This document shows, in pieces, positions 9,449-23,875 of a stretch of 64,000 nt of DNA. Origin of the DNA: Heterodontus francisci (Eukaryota). Where the stretch lies: contig NC_090403.1 in assembly GCF_036365525.1 (NCBI RefSeq), positions 47,927,095 to 47,991,094 on the forward strand, in the 5' to 3' direction. Within the stretch, counting starts at the first letter, position 1. Each line of letters begins with the position of its first letter. The notes under the pieces are model-generated. The model ran no database searches. It had not been told where the DNA came from and worked only from the letters and a program-made list of their open reading frames with translations. Made by a program: the position numbers and the translations under genes.

Positions 9449-10419
9449 CAAGCAATGGAATCTCTAGCTTCAGTGATTGGGAAGGAATCAAAAAAATGGG
9501 AGTACTCACCATGGGAAGGAGTAGAAAAAGGAATCCAAAGGGAAAAGTAATGTGGATTTTAATATATAAAACCATTCGGAAAGAAGCCTGGGAGTTCAGG
9601 TCTTCTGATTTACTATTTCTGACAGTCCAGTGGATGTTTCTGTTGAAGATGAAGGACCGGATTGTTTTTCATCTAATCATGATTTTTATTAATTACCATC
9701 TTATATGTACCTGGAAAGTTACTAAACGATGCTTTTGACCATTTTCTACAGAAACCTGTTAAAAAAATGTATATTGGTTGGAGCTGCATGGTAGGAAGAT
9801 TTGAAATTCAATTAAACATTCCTTTCCAGTTTATTTTGCAAATTAAGGTTTGGAAGTTCTTCTGAAACCTTGTTCTCTTCTTTTTGATTTTATTTTCACT
9901 AACCATGCTCTATACGAGGACATATTTTCTTGTTCTCATTGCAGAAATTAACAAAGAATTGAATTGTAAAACTTATCTTCAATGTACCCAGGCAATTCAG
10001 TTGATTCAGGCAATTCAGGCAATGATAGTTTAAGATTTCAGAAGGTTTTCATCTATACTAAATCAGTGAGTTTGTTCCCTCAGTGGTAAAGTTCCAATAT
10101 AGGCAGGTGTAAGTTTGAGAAGTTTTTTTTTGTACTCAATTGGGACATTCAACCCATTGGATGGAAGTGAGCTTGACTGTACAATACTTCAAGAATGGCA
10201 ACTGCAGTTGACTTTTATTTCGATATATTAATACATAAGATACAGGTAATATTTGGTCTGATGATGAAATTCATGGACAGGATGGAATCTAAAACAAGAT
10301 ATCACCGTGAACATAAGAGTTGTTTTTTAATAAAAATATTGTGCATTGATGATATTTATTACCTTAGCTTATTACCTTAGTTTTTCTTCACTCCTGCTAT
10401 AAAGGTACTGAGTCTTACT

Positions 10420-10640
10420 ATAATAAAAACAAGAAATGCTGGAACCACTCAGCAGGTCTGGCAGCATCTGTGGAGAGAGAAGCAGAGTTAACGTTTCGGG
10501 TCAGTGACCCTTCTTCGGAACTGACCCGAAACGTTAACTCTGCTTCCCTTTCCACAGATGCTGCCAGACCTGCTGAGTGGTTCCAGCATTTCTTGTTTTT
10601 ATTTCAGATTTCCAGCATCTGCAGTGTTTCGCTTTTATAT
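10420..10640. mobile_element. Penelope-derived palindromic element
   Basis: About 80-bp near-perfect inverted repeat centred near 10512, containing GACCCGAAACGTTAAC; same family as 51604-51848. Confidence 0.7.
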
Positions 10641-11489
10641 TACTGAGTCTTACTAGTTGCAGTTCTGTAGGGTGTTCTGTGCCCTCAACTAGCTCAGCAA
10701 AAACTGTCAAGTGATCTTGTGGCCTTTATGGTCTGTGTGTCTTTGATCCACACCAGATACGCTTGTCTAATTTTTATTCAGTGCTGTAAAAGGTGACTTT
10801 CCCTTTGTGACTTCTTAGCTTTGTATTTTGAGAAGTAAAGATGGCCTCCCTAAAAAGCAATTTTTGATATCCTTATTGCCAGCTTGTTAAAGTTAAAAGG
10901 AGATTAGAAATGCCATTTGTGGAAGGATGTGGGTTACATGTGATTTCCCCAAGTGCAGAGCTGTTAATGTCTGGGAAATATTTAGCGTAACCTTTGTGAT
11001 TGGCAAGAGTGATGCATATGTGGCAACTCAGATATTGATAACAGGTACAGGTGCCATGATGACTGAGTGAGTACAGATCAGAGAGTCCCAGGTTCTGTTT
11101 CTGGCCAAGCTGAGTTAGCTGATCTCAACTGCGCAACAGTGTCCCTGGGCTAGGGAGGGGCAGATATTGCTTCTGAATTGGTGTGTGTCTGTATGGATGT
11201 TGGGTGACGAAAAGAGTAGGCTCAGCTTTGATTCCTTTCCTGGACAAATAGCTTATTGATGCTCTAGATTTACAGGTGAAGATTGGTCACTCGGATATAG
11301 TACTGGAACAGTGCTGAGACATGTGGGTCCATAGCCCATGTCTCCAGAAGAGGAGAGGGGAGGACTGAAAATTAAAATGTAAGAAGCTGTGGTGATTTGT
11401 CACACTGCTTGCATCAAAATAGGGCACAATTCTCACCAGCAAACAAAATGAAATTTCATATGAACAGGAGTAGGGCCATTCAGCTTAAA

Positions 11490-11890
11490 TTAGAAACAGA
11501 AAATACTGGAAATACTCAGCAGGTCAGGCAGCATCTGTGGAAAGAGAAGCAGAGTTAACGTTTCAGGTCGATCACCTTTTATCAGAATTGGGAAAAGTTA
11601 GAGATGTAACAGGTTTTAAGCAAGTACAGAGGCAGGGATAGGGAAGAGGGGAGGGTAAAAAAAGAGAAGGTCTGTGATGGCGTAGAAGGCTGGAGAGATG
11701 TAAAAGGGATGATGGTGCAATCAAAGCGGGATGGTAATGGGACAAGTAAAGAAACAGAAAATGGATGTAGAGGAGGTGTAAATGGGAAAAGTAGAATCAT
11801 CAGTAACAGCTGCTGTCCACAAAAAATGGGGGCAGAGGTGATGATCTTAAATTGTCAAATGCAATGTTGAGTTCAGAAGGCTGTAAAGTG
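11490..11890 (-). mobile_element. Penelope-like terminal-repeat fragment
   Basis: Shares the AATACTCAGCAGGTC.GGCAGCATCTGTGG...GTTAACGTTTC motif with the palindromic elements. Confidence 0.6.
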
Positions 11891-14679
11891 CCATTCAGCT
11901 CAAGTTTGTTCTTCCAATCAATTAGATCATGACTGATCTGCATCTCAACTCCATTTATCTGACTTTGCCCTATATTCTTTGATACTCTTCTTACTACATA
12001 TCTACACACATTCCTTTCAGTATTATTAAAAATTAATAACTTTTTTGAAGATGTAGTTGTGGAGGCAAATGCAGCAGCCAATTGCATTTGGCAATCTCCC
12101 ACAAATGGCAAATGAGAGGAATAGCCTTTTAATCTTGGTATTGGATGAAGGATGAAAGTTAGCCTGGTCATCATGCAAACTGTCTTTTCCCTCAACATTG
12201 TGTGAAATGCTTTAAGCTCTTTTGACATGATAAACTGCGATATAAATGCAAGGATCATTCTATTATTAATAATTGCAGCAGTTTTGAAGCAACAGCTTTG
12301 GAAAATGAACATAAAGATTTAATTTGGCAGATTATATCACATGATTACTGATATACAGAAGAAGAAGCAACAAAAATGATAAAATTAACATCCTTTGAAT
12401 TTCTCTGGGGGTTTACCATGATGTGTAGTAAGTTGTGGCTACAACACCAAACTTGATTGCTTCTCTTTTTGAGATTTAGTCAGATGAAAAGGAAAAAAAA
12501 AAACAATCTTTCAATTGTGGGAATGTGGGTGGATTAAGAAGAACATTGTTTCAGAGCAATCAGAATCTCTGATGACACAAACAATTGACCTTTCTATTTG
12601 GAAATTTAAAATTCTGTAGAAAGATTGGAATTTTAAAAAAATCAAACAGCATTTACTTTCGCTTTTGTGCATATTGTGATGGGCTGACTCAAAGTATGGA
12701 TTGGGGTTCATTAGGTATGAATGGTGGGCTCCTGGAACCAAGACGATGCCCACCATTGCACAGCTGCCAATTCCTGGCAGTGGGACCACTGATGCATTGT
12801 CAGAATGGGTGACTGGGCATTTAAAGAAGTGTCCCAAAGATCTGCACAGTGGTAGCCATATAGACCTTGGCAGTGATGTAGAATGCAAGGAAAGAGGGCC
12901 AGTTCAGGAGAGAAGGCTGCTATAAAGCGCTGTCTTTACACAAGAGAACATCAAGCTCATTACCTTTGGTTCCTGGAGCCAACTGCCACCTTCCATATAT
13001 TGGCCGAGGAAGAGATTGTAGAACAGATGGACACAAAATAAATCTGTCTGGGACCTGTTCCACCTGAGACAGAAGACAGTTTAATGTCTTATCTGAAGGA
13101 TAGCACCTCCAACAGTACAGCATTCCCTCAGTACTACACTGGAAGTGGCAGCCTAGATTTTGTGCTCAGGTATTTGTAGTGGGACTGGAACCCTGCCAAC
13201 TCAAAGGTAACTGAGTCACGGCTGACACATGATGCACAATAACGCAGTCTGAGAAAATTATGTCATCTCTGAGGCAGAATCAGATTTTTTTATTTGTAAA
13301 TCAAGATCCTCAATTTCTGGCTCACTTCCAGCGTTTGGTTGGCACGCAATAGGTCATGCACTAAGCATTTGGTCATTTGGCATTCCACCTGAATAAGATA
13401 CACATCAAAGCTCTAGTGATGCAACCAAACCTCACTGGAGAACAACGCAGCAGCTATTGCAATAACATCACCACTACACTCCAAGTCAATTTTCAATGTC
13501 GTAAACATCCCAAGTGTACGTGGCGGCATTCACTGTGAATGTAAAGTGTGCAAGTGTGTTCTAACCAGATTAAAATTGCATTTAAAAGGAAACAAAAAAA
13601 ATTTCCAATATCATACGATACAGTTCCATGAACCCACTGCGTCTGACAATTGTGACTGGCAGGTGTGGGTGGACCCATAGCTTGACCAGTTCCCCAGGTA
13701 ACAGGTAACAATGAGTCATTTGGCTCATTACCCTGTCAACCAAAGAAATATAGATGCATTTGGGATGTAGTTGGTTTGGTTTTTGGGGTTATGCTAATAA
13801 GAACACAAGAATATAAGAAAAAGGAGTAGGGGTCAGCCATTCGGCCCTTAGAAATTGCTCTGCCGTTCAATATCATGGCTGATCATCTACCTCAACTTCA
13901 CCTTCGTGCACTATCCCCATATCCCTTAATTCCCTTAGTATTCATAAATCTATCTGTCTCAGTCTTGAATATACTCAATGACTGAACATCCACAGTTCTC
14001 TGAAACAGACAAGTCCAATGATTCATAACCTTATGAGTGAAGCAATTTCTCCTCATCTCAGTCCAAATGGCCAATCCCTTATCCTTAGACTATGGCCCCT
14101 GGTTCTCCCTGTGCCAGTAAGGGATGTATGCAATTGTGGGTTTTCCTGATGAAGGAATGCCCTATCCCAACGATCCTTGTTGAAGACCCTGAAGTGGGTG
14201 AGATAACCACAGCACCTGCTGGATGATGTGGGCAAGAGGCATGAGCCATTGTTAGGTCCGTGGCCTTATGTTCATGTGATGGATGAGCTGTCACTGCTCC
14301 TCGGCTTTTGACAGCTCGCTCATTGGGCAATATTGGCGGGTGAGTGGGGTGGGGGGGGGGGGAGAATTCAGGTGGGAGTGAGGCCATTTAAAGGCAGCCT
14401 TGATCTCTTAAAGGGGAGAAGCCCTTTGCCTGTGCTGTGTAGTTGATAATTTAAAATTGAAGACAATATGAGGGCTTCCATTTTCAGACAATACCATAAA
14501 ATTCATGAAGGGTTCAGATCGAGTAAATAAAGAGAAACTGTTTCCAATGTCTGAAGGATTGATAACTAGAGGACACAAATTTAAGGTGATTGGCAAAAGA
14601 GCCAGAGACAACATGAGGATAAACTTTTTTTCACACAATGCGTGGTTAGCATTTGGATAAATACTTGAATGAAAAAAAG

Positions 14680-17002
14680 TCAAGGAGGTTAGCTGAAGGG
14701 GGTCCTGTTCCAGCTAGAAAAAAGGTGCCAAAGCAAATAGCCTGGCAACAGTGGGAAGAGGTGACTAAGCAGGTGAATACTCACATAGCATTACACCAAA
14801 AACCTGATAGCAACACCCCCAAAAATACAATGACTTGACCAGAGCTGCTAAAGTAAAACCCCTACTCACACCTCTCTTACCAGCCTCAACCCTGCATCAC
14901 TTATCGACTCAACACTCAAAAGCCTTCTCTGCCCTGCTGCCCCTCACTCTCTCCAAATACAACAGCACACTTCACTGAACCTCCTTCTACTGCCACTTGC
15001 ATATTCTGCACCTTCCACTGTTTTCACTATTATTCCCCTCCCTGCCCCAAACCCGTGGCTTCTTTCAAGCACTGTCCAAGCTATGCTACCCTGACTGCTG
15101 GTTAAATTTAGGGCATTCATCTGTAGAGTGGAAGGATTGGGTGTGATGGTAGAAGGCATGATTCAGCCAAAGTGTTCCTTAATATCCTGCTGGGATACAG
15201 GTGTGGCAACAGGCAGGATTGGTGGCTCTTGACCATCCTTGGAGTCCTGCTGTTCTTCTTCCTGTGCCACCTCTACATCCTCCCCCACAGGTGACTCTGA
15301 GGGTTACCCACTTTGCAGAAGAACATGATGGAGTGAGCAGCAGACAACAGTGAATCTGGAGTCTCTCTGATTCCTACATTGCGCCATATCTCCAGACTGA
15401 TCTAAGCAGTGGATCCTCTATTTCGGGGATACTGATGGTCCACTCAATCACAGTGCTGGTGGAGGTGTGGCTATGATTGTGTGACCTCTGCATGGGTTCC
15501 TGACAAGTGTCATGAGCTACGTGTTCAGGCAATACCTTGTGCCCAGACATTCACCAGCTGGGTGGGAAAGAGTGGAGGACTGAGGTCTGGCGCAGGATGA
15601 AACCATCATGACAACTGGCAGGAAACAAAGTGTTGACCTGCCTTTAGTTGCACAGCAGCTGTACGCTCAATGAATGAAAGCTGTTCCTCTTCATATATAC
15701 TCCAAGGTCTTGATATGGAGCGCACAAGTTTATGGAGGTGCAGTCATTAATGCCCTACACCTAGGGGAAACCAATGATCCTGCTTAATCCCAGAGTCCTG
15801 TCTCCCTGCCTCCATAGGGAAGGAGATGAAGTCATTTGCTTTGGTAAAGAGTGCATCAGTGGCCTGCTTGATGTGAACATGCATTGCAAATTGACTTAGG
15901 TTGATAATGCCAATTGTTGTAGCCCAGTGTGACCTTGCTGAGGCATAGAATTTTTTTTTTTGAAATTCGTTTGTGGGATGTGGGCCAGCATTTATTGTCC
16001 ATCCCTAATTGTCCTTGAACTGAGTAGCGAGTGGCTTTCCAGGCCATTTTAAGGGTCAACCACATTTCTGTGGGTCTGGAGTCACATGTAGGCCAGACCA
16101 AGTAAGGACGGCAGATTTCCTTCCCTAAAGGACATTAGTGAACCAGATGGGTTTTTACAACAATCGACAATGGTTTTATGGTCACCATTAAACTAGCTTT
16201 TAATTCCAGATTTATTAATTGAATTCAAATTTCAGCATCTGCTGTGGTGGAATTCAAACCCAAATCCCCAGAGCCTTAGCCTGGGCCCTGGATTATTAGT
16301 CTAGTGACATTACTACCTTGCCACCGCCACACTCACCTAAGGAGCCACAGGCAATGGAGTATGTGACTTGAGGCTGGGCTGCAGTTCAAACTGCAACAAC
16401 CAGCATAATTCTGTCACAGCGAAGGTGTAGCTACAGGTCTCTGCACTCTTGCTTACTGCTGCTGGCCTATGAGCCATAACGGCAGAAAGCGCAGCATACT
16501 CATGTAACCAGAGGAAGGCTGTGCAGAAGCCCCAGGACAGAAATCTTCTCCCAGCTCCAAAAAAAAACTTGCCACAAATTGTGTAGCCAGCTGTGGCAGC
16601 CAATACAGCCTGATGTAGGCACAAGTGCCCAGTCGCAATCTAAAATGACTCACCAGGTACTTATCTACTTGCTGCCGAGAATCTCTTCAAATAAGGCTGG
16701 TCCAGCATCCCTCATGACTGTTTCTTCTCAGGAATTTGTAGGCAGATTTTAGAGTGGGTGAATCCAGCGCTGAGGAAATTGACAATGGCAGTAGGGTCCT
16801 GAAACCAGGGAAAGACCCTCATTCACATATAAGTATCAGGAATCCACCAGTTTCATGCTGGCGTCTTGGGCAATTAAAATGTGCCCAACTCAAAGTGGTG
16901 CTGGATGCACCTGTTTGGACATTGGGTGCGAGAAACCCCCAGACAACATTTGGAGCCTGGCATCTATTTTTCGAGTGCTAAATGGGTTGAAAATCCTACC
17001 CC
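14680..17002. mobile_element. Degenerate Harbinger/PIF DNA transposon, interrupted by a SINE
   Basis: Plus strand Myb/SANT-like remnant (WQQWEEVTKQVN...KYNDL, ~14740-14840). Minus strand transposase remnants: LQPS..PLPVA (~16345-16390), FYAS...SQ..H..IKQATDALF..NDFISFP (~15815-15950), GFP*V*GINDCT (~15735-15785). Confidence 0.6.
15950..16335 (-). mobile_element. tRNA-headed SINE, bipartite derivative of the LINE at 36160-39410
   Basis: Head and body match 39085-39400; tail matches 36165-36235. Confidence 0.8.
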
Positions 17003-17024
17003 TGACACTGGCTGGGTATTGACA

Positions 17025-18455
17025 ACATACAAACATACGAATTAGGAGCAGGAATGGGCCACTCAGCCCTTCGAGCCTGCTCCACCATTCAATAAGTTCA
17101 TGGCTGAACTGATTACTCCACATTTCCACCTACCCCGATAACCTTCCACCCCCTTGCTTATCAAGAATCTATCTTTTTTTTTTATTCATTCATGGGATGT
17201 AGGCGTCACTGGCCAGGCCAGCATTTATTGCACATCCCTAATTGCCCTCTACCTCTGCCTTAAAAATATTCAAAGACTCTGCTTCCACCGCCTTTTGAGG
17301 AAGAGAGTTCCAAAAACTCACAATCCTCTGAGAGAAAAAAATTCTCCTCATCTCTGTCTTAAATGGGCGACCTCTTATTTTTAAACAGTGACCCTCTAGT
17401 TCTTGATTCTCCGACAACACGAAACATTCTTTCCACATCCACCCTGTCAAGTCCCCTCAGGATCTTACATGTTTCAATCAAGTCGCCTCTTACTCTTCTA
17501 AATTCCAGCAGATACAAGCCTACCCTGTCCAATCTTTCCTCGTAAGACAGCCCGTCCATTCCAGGTATTAGTCCAGTAAACCTTCTCTGTATTGCCTCCA
17601 ACGCATTTACATCCTTCCTGAAATAAGGAGACCAATACTGTACACAGTACTCCAGATGTGGTCTCACCAATGCCCTGAAAGCTGAAGCATAACCTCCCTA
17701 CTTTTGTGTTCAATTCCCCTCGTGATAAACGATAACATTCTATTAGCTTTCCTAATTACGTGTTGTACCTGCATACCAACCTTTTGCAATTCATGTACTG
17801 GGACACCCAGATCCCTCTGCATCTCAGAGCTCTGCAATCGCTCACCATTTAGATAATATGCTTTTTATTTATTCTTCCTGCCAAAGTGGACAATTTCACA
17901 CTTTCTCACATTATACTCCATTTGCCAGATCTCACTTAATCTATCTATATCCCTTTGTAGTCCCCTTCACAAGTTACTTTCCTACCTATCTTTGTGTCAT
18001 CAGCAAATTTAGCAACCATACCTTCGGTCCCTTCATCTAAGTCATTTATATAAATTGTAAAAAGTTGAGGCCCCAGCACAGATCCCTGTGGCACACCACT
18101 CGTTACATCTTGCCAAACAGAAAATGACCCATTTATGCCTACTCTCTGTTTCCTGTTAGCTAGCCAATCTTCTATCCATGCCAATATGTTACCCCCTACA
18201 CCATGAGCTTTTATTTTCTGCAATAACCTTTGAAGTGGCACCTTATCAAATGCCTTCTGGACATCGAAGTACAATACATCCACCGGTTCCCCATTATCCA
18301 CAGCACATGTAACTCCCTCAAAGAACTCCAATAAACTGGTTAAAAATGATTTCCCTTTCACAAAACCATGTTGACTCTGCCTGATTACCTTGAATTTTTC
18401 TAAATGCCCTGCTATCACCTCTTTAATAATAGCTTCTAACATGTTCCCTAAGATA
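17025..18455 (-). mobile_element. CR1 LINE (HER1-like) 3' portion
   Basis: RT motifs QHGFVKGKS, KAFDKVP, GVPQGSVLGP, KFADDTK, VRPHLEYCVQ. A short SINE/LINE tail is nested at ~17175-17246. Confidence 0.9.
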
Positions 18456-18884
18456 GCTCATCCAAATTAATATCGCTCCACACATGAACCTAAACAGAAG
18501 GTCACGTAACATAGTCTGGATGACATCACAGTGGAGTTCCATTCCTGTTCCCCACAAGCATACACATGCCAAGTGAGCAGTATGCTAGCTAACCCACTCA
18601 TCTTGGTTCCTCATAGTGAAACTCCCAATTAATACCACTCTGCTTTTCCCTCTCCCCCTGGTGTATGTGTGTGTGTAAACTCTCCCAAAATTTTCTGACT
18701 CACTTCCTCAAGCATTATTCTACTTCTCGATTTTAATTCAACTTCCAGGGAATTCAGGCTTGAACTCAGTCAGAAGCTGAATAAGTCAGCATGTCTTGGT
18801 GGGGAAAGAAAGATAAAATAATATTGGTCTTCCTGCATGTACTGACCACTACAGTTCTGTCTTGTGGTGTATATATCTAATGAC

Positions 18885-19985
18885 TAATACTGAAGAAGAA
18901 ATTTTCCTCCACACAAGATCAAGGTTGTTCAACCTTGCCCGTCTAAGAGTGAAATCCAAAGTACGGAAAGTCCTCATCAGGGAACTCCTCTTTGCTGACG
19001 ATGCTGCTTTAACATCTCACACTGGAGAGTGCCTGCAGAGTCTCATCGACAGGTTTGCGGCTGCCTGCAATGAATTTGGCCTAACCATCAGCCTCAAGAA
19101 AACAAACATCATGGGGCAGGACGTCAGAAATGCTCCATCCATCAATATCGGTGACCACACTCTGGAAGTGGTTCAAGAGTTCACCTACCTAGGCTCAACT
19201 ATCACCAGTAACCTGTCTCTCGATGCAGAAATCAACAAGCGCATGGGAAAGGCTTCCACTGCTATGTCCAGACTGGCCAAGAGAGTGTGGGAAAATGGCG
19301 CACTGACACGGAACACAAAAGTCCAAGTGTATCAAGCCTGTGTCCTCAGTACCTTGCTCTCTGGCAGTGAGGCCTGGACAACGTATGTCAGCCAAGAACG
19401 ACGTCTCAATTCATTCCATCCTCGCTGCCTCCGGAGAATACTTGGCATCAGGTGGCAGGACCGTATCTCCAACACAGAAGTCCTCGAGGCGGCCAACATC
19501 CCCAGCTTATACACACTACTGAGTCAGCGGCGCTTGAGATGGCTTGGCCATGTGAGCCACATGGGTGATGGCAGGATCCCCAAAGACACAGTGTACAGCG
19601 AGCTTGCCACTGGTATCAGACCTACCGGCCGTCCATGTCTCCGCTTTAAAGACGTCTGCAAACGCGACATGAAGTCCTGTGACATTGATCACAAGTCGTG
19701 GGAGTCAGTTGCCAGTGATCGCCAGAGCTAGCGGGCAGCCATAAAGGCGGGGCTAAAGTGTGGCGAGTCGAAGAGACTTAGCAGTTGGCAGGAACAAAGA
19801 CAGAAGCGCAAGGGGAGAGCCAACTGTGTAACAGCCCTGACAAACAAATTTTTCTGCAGCACCTGTGGAAGAGCCTGTCACTCTAGAATTGGCCTTTATA
19901 GCCACTCCAGGCGCTGCTCCACAAACCACTGACCACCTCCAGGCGCTTACCCATTGTCTCTTGAGATAAGGAGGCCAAAGAATTG
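18885..19985 (+). mobile_element. 5'-truncated RTE-clade LINE (BovB-like)
   Basis: LLFADDAAL, FTYLGS, RLRWLGHV, GRP..RFKD and a C-terminal CxxC..H..C knuckle; one internal stop at 19729-19731. Confidence 0.9.
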
Positions 19986-21659
19986 TAAAACTAGATAAAT
20001 TATATAAATCCACTTTGTATAGGATAAATAAATATTTCCTAAAAATATATATAAAAATATATGTATTCTACAGTAAGCAGAAAATAGGATCACATGGGTG
20101 ATTTGTTTCGAACAGGTAGCTTCGGTTGAATAAAGTGCAGACTGAAAGCAGGGCTACAACATTGCAACACCAATTCTTCAACTCATATCCCTATTAGCTG
20201 TAATATTGTGAAAATTCATCATTAATGAAAGAAGTCCTGAAATTCTGAGTTAATTTACCCATCTAGATAAACATTGTAAGGTAAACTCTTGCCCCTCCCC
20301 CTCTCCTACCCTCTCTGGAACTTAAGAGATGCCGAGTCATAGGTCTTTTACAACTCAATTCCTTAGCTATGATGAAGGGTTATACCCAAAAAAGTGAATC
20401 ACTTCTCTTTACAGACGCAGACTGACTTGCTATGACCTTCAGGGATTTGCAGTCTTTGTTTAAGATCAGTTTGCTACCACAGACCATAAATTGAAGCTGG
20501 TATTATTCTGATCTTAAAAAGGAAATCAAAATGGATCTGATATTGTGCAATTCATTTTTGAGATGTCTCTCAGAGCCAGCTTTAAATACTCATGAAACTT
20601 ACCACCTCCTAAGAACTTAATGGCACTGCCCAGTGTAGCATACATACTGGAAGATGGTTATGAAAGATTTCTTGGTGGGTATTTTTGTTCAAGAAAGGCC
20701 AGAGCTACCATAGGATTTTTGGGGGTCTCTAGTGAGGTTAGTTATGGGGTCACTTACCCACCTTACCCTTTCTGCTCTGATACCTATCCCACCGCCTGCC
20801 TCCCCCCCCACCGCCCCCCACTGAACACCCCGGGACAGTATGACAGACATGGGTGACAGGGTGGCCATTCACATGGAGGAGGGAGTTGATATGGAAGGTG
20901 GAGATTGGTGAGGGGTTAAGAAGAGGAAGGATGTCAGGCAAAGAGGGAGCTCGAGTAAAATTGAAACTGTCATGTAGGAGGAGAGGTAGTTTGGTGCAAA
21001 AAATCACCAAGTGGGACAGAAGGGAGGAGATTTGATCAGAAGATGCCTGGGGCATGGATGATAGACGGGGAATAGCGTGGTGAAAAGATGGGGGGTGGCG
21101 GAGGGTGAGGTGTTTAAATGAGACGAAGCAGTTGGTGGAACGTGACAAAAGGCCGATGTGCGATCTTGATATAAGCATCACCCATTATGCTACTGTCCAA
21201 CTGCATGACACAATCTATTTTTTTTATTCGTTCATGGGATGTGGGCGTCGCTGGCAAGGCCAGCATTTATTGCCCATCCCTAATTGCCCTTGAGAAGTTC
21301 CAAGACTGTAACGTTTATTCACGGGCTGTGACCCACATCACCATCCAGGGTCCCCTTTAGCAGTAGGTTTCATGAGTACTTAAGGCTGGCTCTGAGAGAG
21401 ATATTAAACATGAATTACACAGCATCAAAAACACTCTTGATCTTTTTGAGACCGGAAAAGTACCAGGTTCAATTTTTAATCTGTGGTGTGCAAACTGACC
21501 TTAAACAAAGACTGACAATGCTGGAAGTCCATAGCAGGTCAGTTCAGCCTACATTTGAAAAGATAAAAATTTGATTCTTATTTTGACGGCTAAATAATCG
21601 AGTTGTAAAAGACCTAGGATTCTTAGTAGGCTTGGAACCTCAAATGTCCAACCAATATA

Positions 21660-22200
21660 AAGCAGCCATCGACAAAATTAATTGAATGTAGAACTCTATA
21701 GTCAGAGTACCGTGGAAGTCTGAGGAAGTCATGATCGAGCTGTACAGCTCTCTGATCAGACCACCCTTGAGTTCTGCGTCCAGTTATTCTTACTGAGAAG
21801 CAGGGAGACATTCAGCACTACAGGTAAGTGTGGAGAAGAGCCAGGGGTTTGATCCCCCAGTCTTGGGGGGTCTCAGAGATATGAAAATACAGGAGAAACT
21901 TGGGCTTTCCATCCTTGAAAGGAAGTCTCTGAGAAGTGATCTTAAAGAGACATAGGAGGTTATAAACGGTATGGGAAAAGAAAAACCTGGAAAATTGCTT
22001 TGAACTGTCAGAGTAGGACAATGGGCCACAGGTTTAAAATAGCAGTGGGCGCATTTGGAACTGATATCAGGAGATCCTCCGCACGAAGACTGATCAATAC
22101 ATGGAATGGAAGCGAAAATCTTAGGATCATTTAAGAACTGATTGGATGCTGCTTTGAGTGGATTTTCATAGAATCATAGAATGATGCAGCACAGACGGAG
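21660..22200 (+). mobile_element. Old CR1 LINE 3' fragment
   Basis: Degenerate LY..LIRP.LEFC and LRSDL.ET motifs. Confidence 0.55.
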
Positions 22201-23875
22201 GCCATTCAGCCCATCATGCCTGTGCCAAACTTTAGGGCCATTCTGGACGGATGAGCTGGATGGGCTCCCTCGTATGTAATTATCCTGCACTCATGGTCTA
22301 TGGAAGGAGTGGGTTTGATGGGCTCAAGGGCCTTTTCTTATTCCATGTTTTCTAAGAGTCTAGCAGTCCACTGACTGCAGAATTTTTCAGTTAATAGCAC
22401 CACCTACAGGCCAACTGAAGCAAGTAACAGAATGGGAACAAATCAAAACCTCCGAATTCTTAGTCCAAATGTTTACCAGCAACATTTTTCCTTCCTCTGA
22501 CAGCCAAGAAATATCTGATCTCCCAGTGGCTCTCAGCATAAGTGTCTTACCTGATGTGGAGTTGAGACAATCAAGCAAAACAGTCTCAGGTCTGCGCTTG
22601 AGTCAGCCAAGCTCAGCCAGGGCAGTGAAGGGGCCATAACAACTGACCTCAGTACTCGTGACCTAGGGAGTGGAACAATCAGCAAGAAGTCCCACATCAA
22701 TGAGCCCTACTCATTGAACGTGCATGTGTGGACAGCAGGTGAGGACAGGTTCAGCTATGACGCTTTGTACAGTTGAATATCTCATTGACACTCGCTGTCT
22801 ATATTCACAGATAAAGAATGGTGATTTGAATGGGTTTCTTCTTGACTTCCTCAATTCTTTAGTAACAGTGAACTTGTCTACCTTCCAAATCTCACCCGAA
22901 AATTGTTACTTTTCCTTGTCAATTTTCTCTGCCAATTTTGCTTCCCTCTCCCCCTGTCCTGAAGACATTGCCGCCTCATTGGAGAAAGCGAGACATCTGC
23001 TGGTACCCCACCCAAATTGCCAAGATTGTTGTCACATTATCCAACATTACGACCCATATGTGCCAAAATTTCCTCCAGATTAATGGCAGTGGGGCATGAA
23101 AGCCATCCTCCAGCTACACAGAAAGGTTCCGCAAACAGCAATGAAATAAGTAACCCGTTGAGCTGTTTGAATGCTGTTGGTTAAGAGGTGAGTGTTGGCC
23201 ACAACACCAGCAGCCCTCCTCTGCTTTTGTCCAAGTACCATCGGATCTTCCATGTCCAACTGAACAGATATGTGGAGTTTCAGTTCAACATCTCAACCGA
23301 AAGACAGCACATCCGACAACGTAGCACTCCCTCAGTACTGCACTAAAGTGTCAGCTCAGTTACATGCCCAAGTCAATAGTGAAGCTTGACCGGACAACTC
23401 AGCAGCCAATTGGTGCACTACCAAGTTCCACAAACAGCAATGACATAAATGACCAGTAAAGATGTCTTGGTAGAGTGCCCCCATTCAGCCAAGTTGACAA
23501 TTTAAATCTGTATGCCTTTCCGGCTTTTGTGTTTTGCAGGCAGACATAACACATAAAACTATTTGCATATCTCCCTACCCCTTGATATTTATTCTTTTTT
23601 TCCTCATCTAATTCCACCCCACTCCCTGCTATAATCATGTTTCGCTGAATTGACTCGCCTCCTGTATTTCAATCTGGATCAAAATGGGGAAGGGCCATTT
23701 ATTAGTGGGGAAGAATTATGATCAAATCTGAATCTGGCTTCACCCAAACAACTGCACATGCACTCCTAACAGTGGTCAGTCATTAGTTCAACAACCCTAC
23801 TAATGTTCCTCCTCCTTGTAAGGTTGCCAACTTTGGTTGGAAATGTTCCTGGAGGTTTCATTACCTGACCTGATT

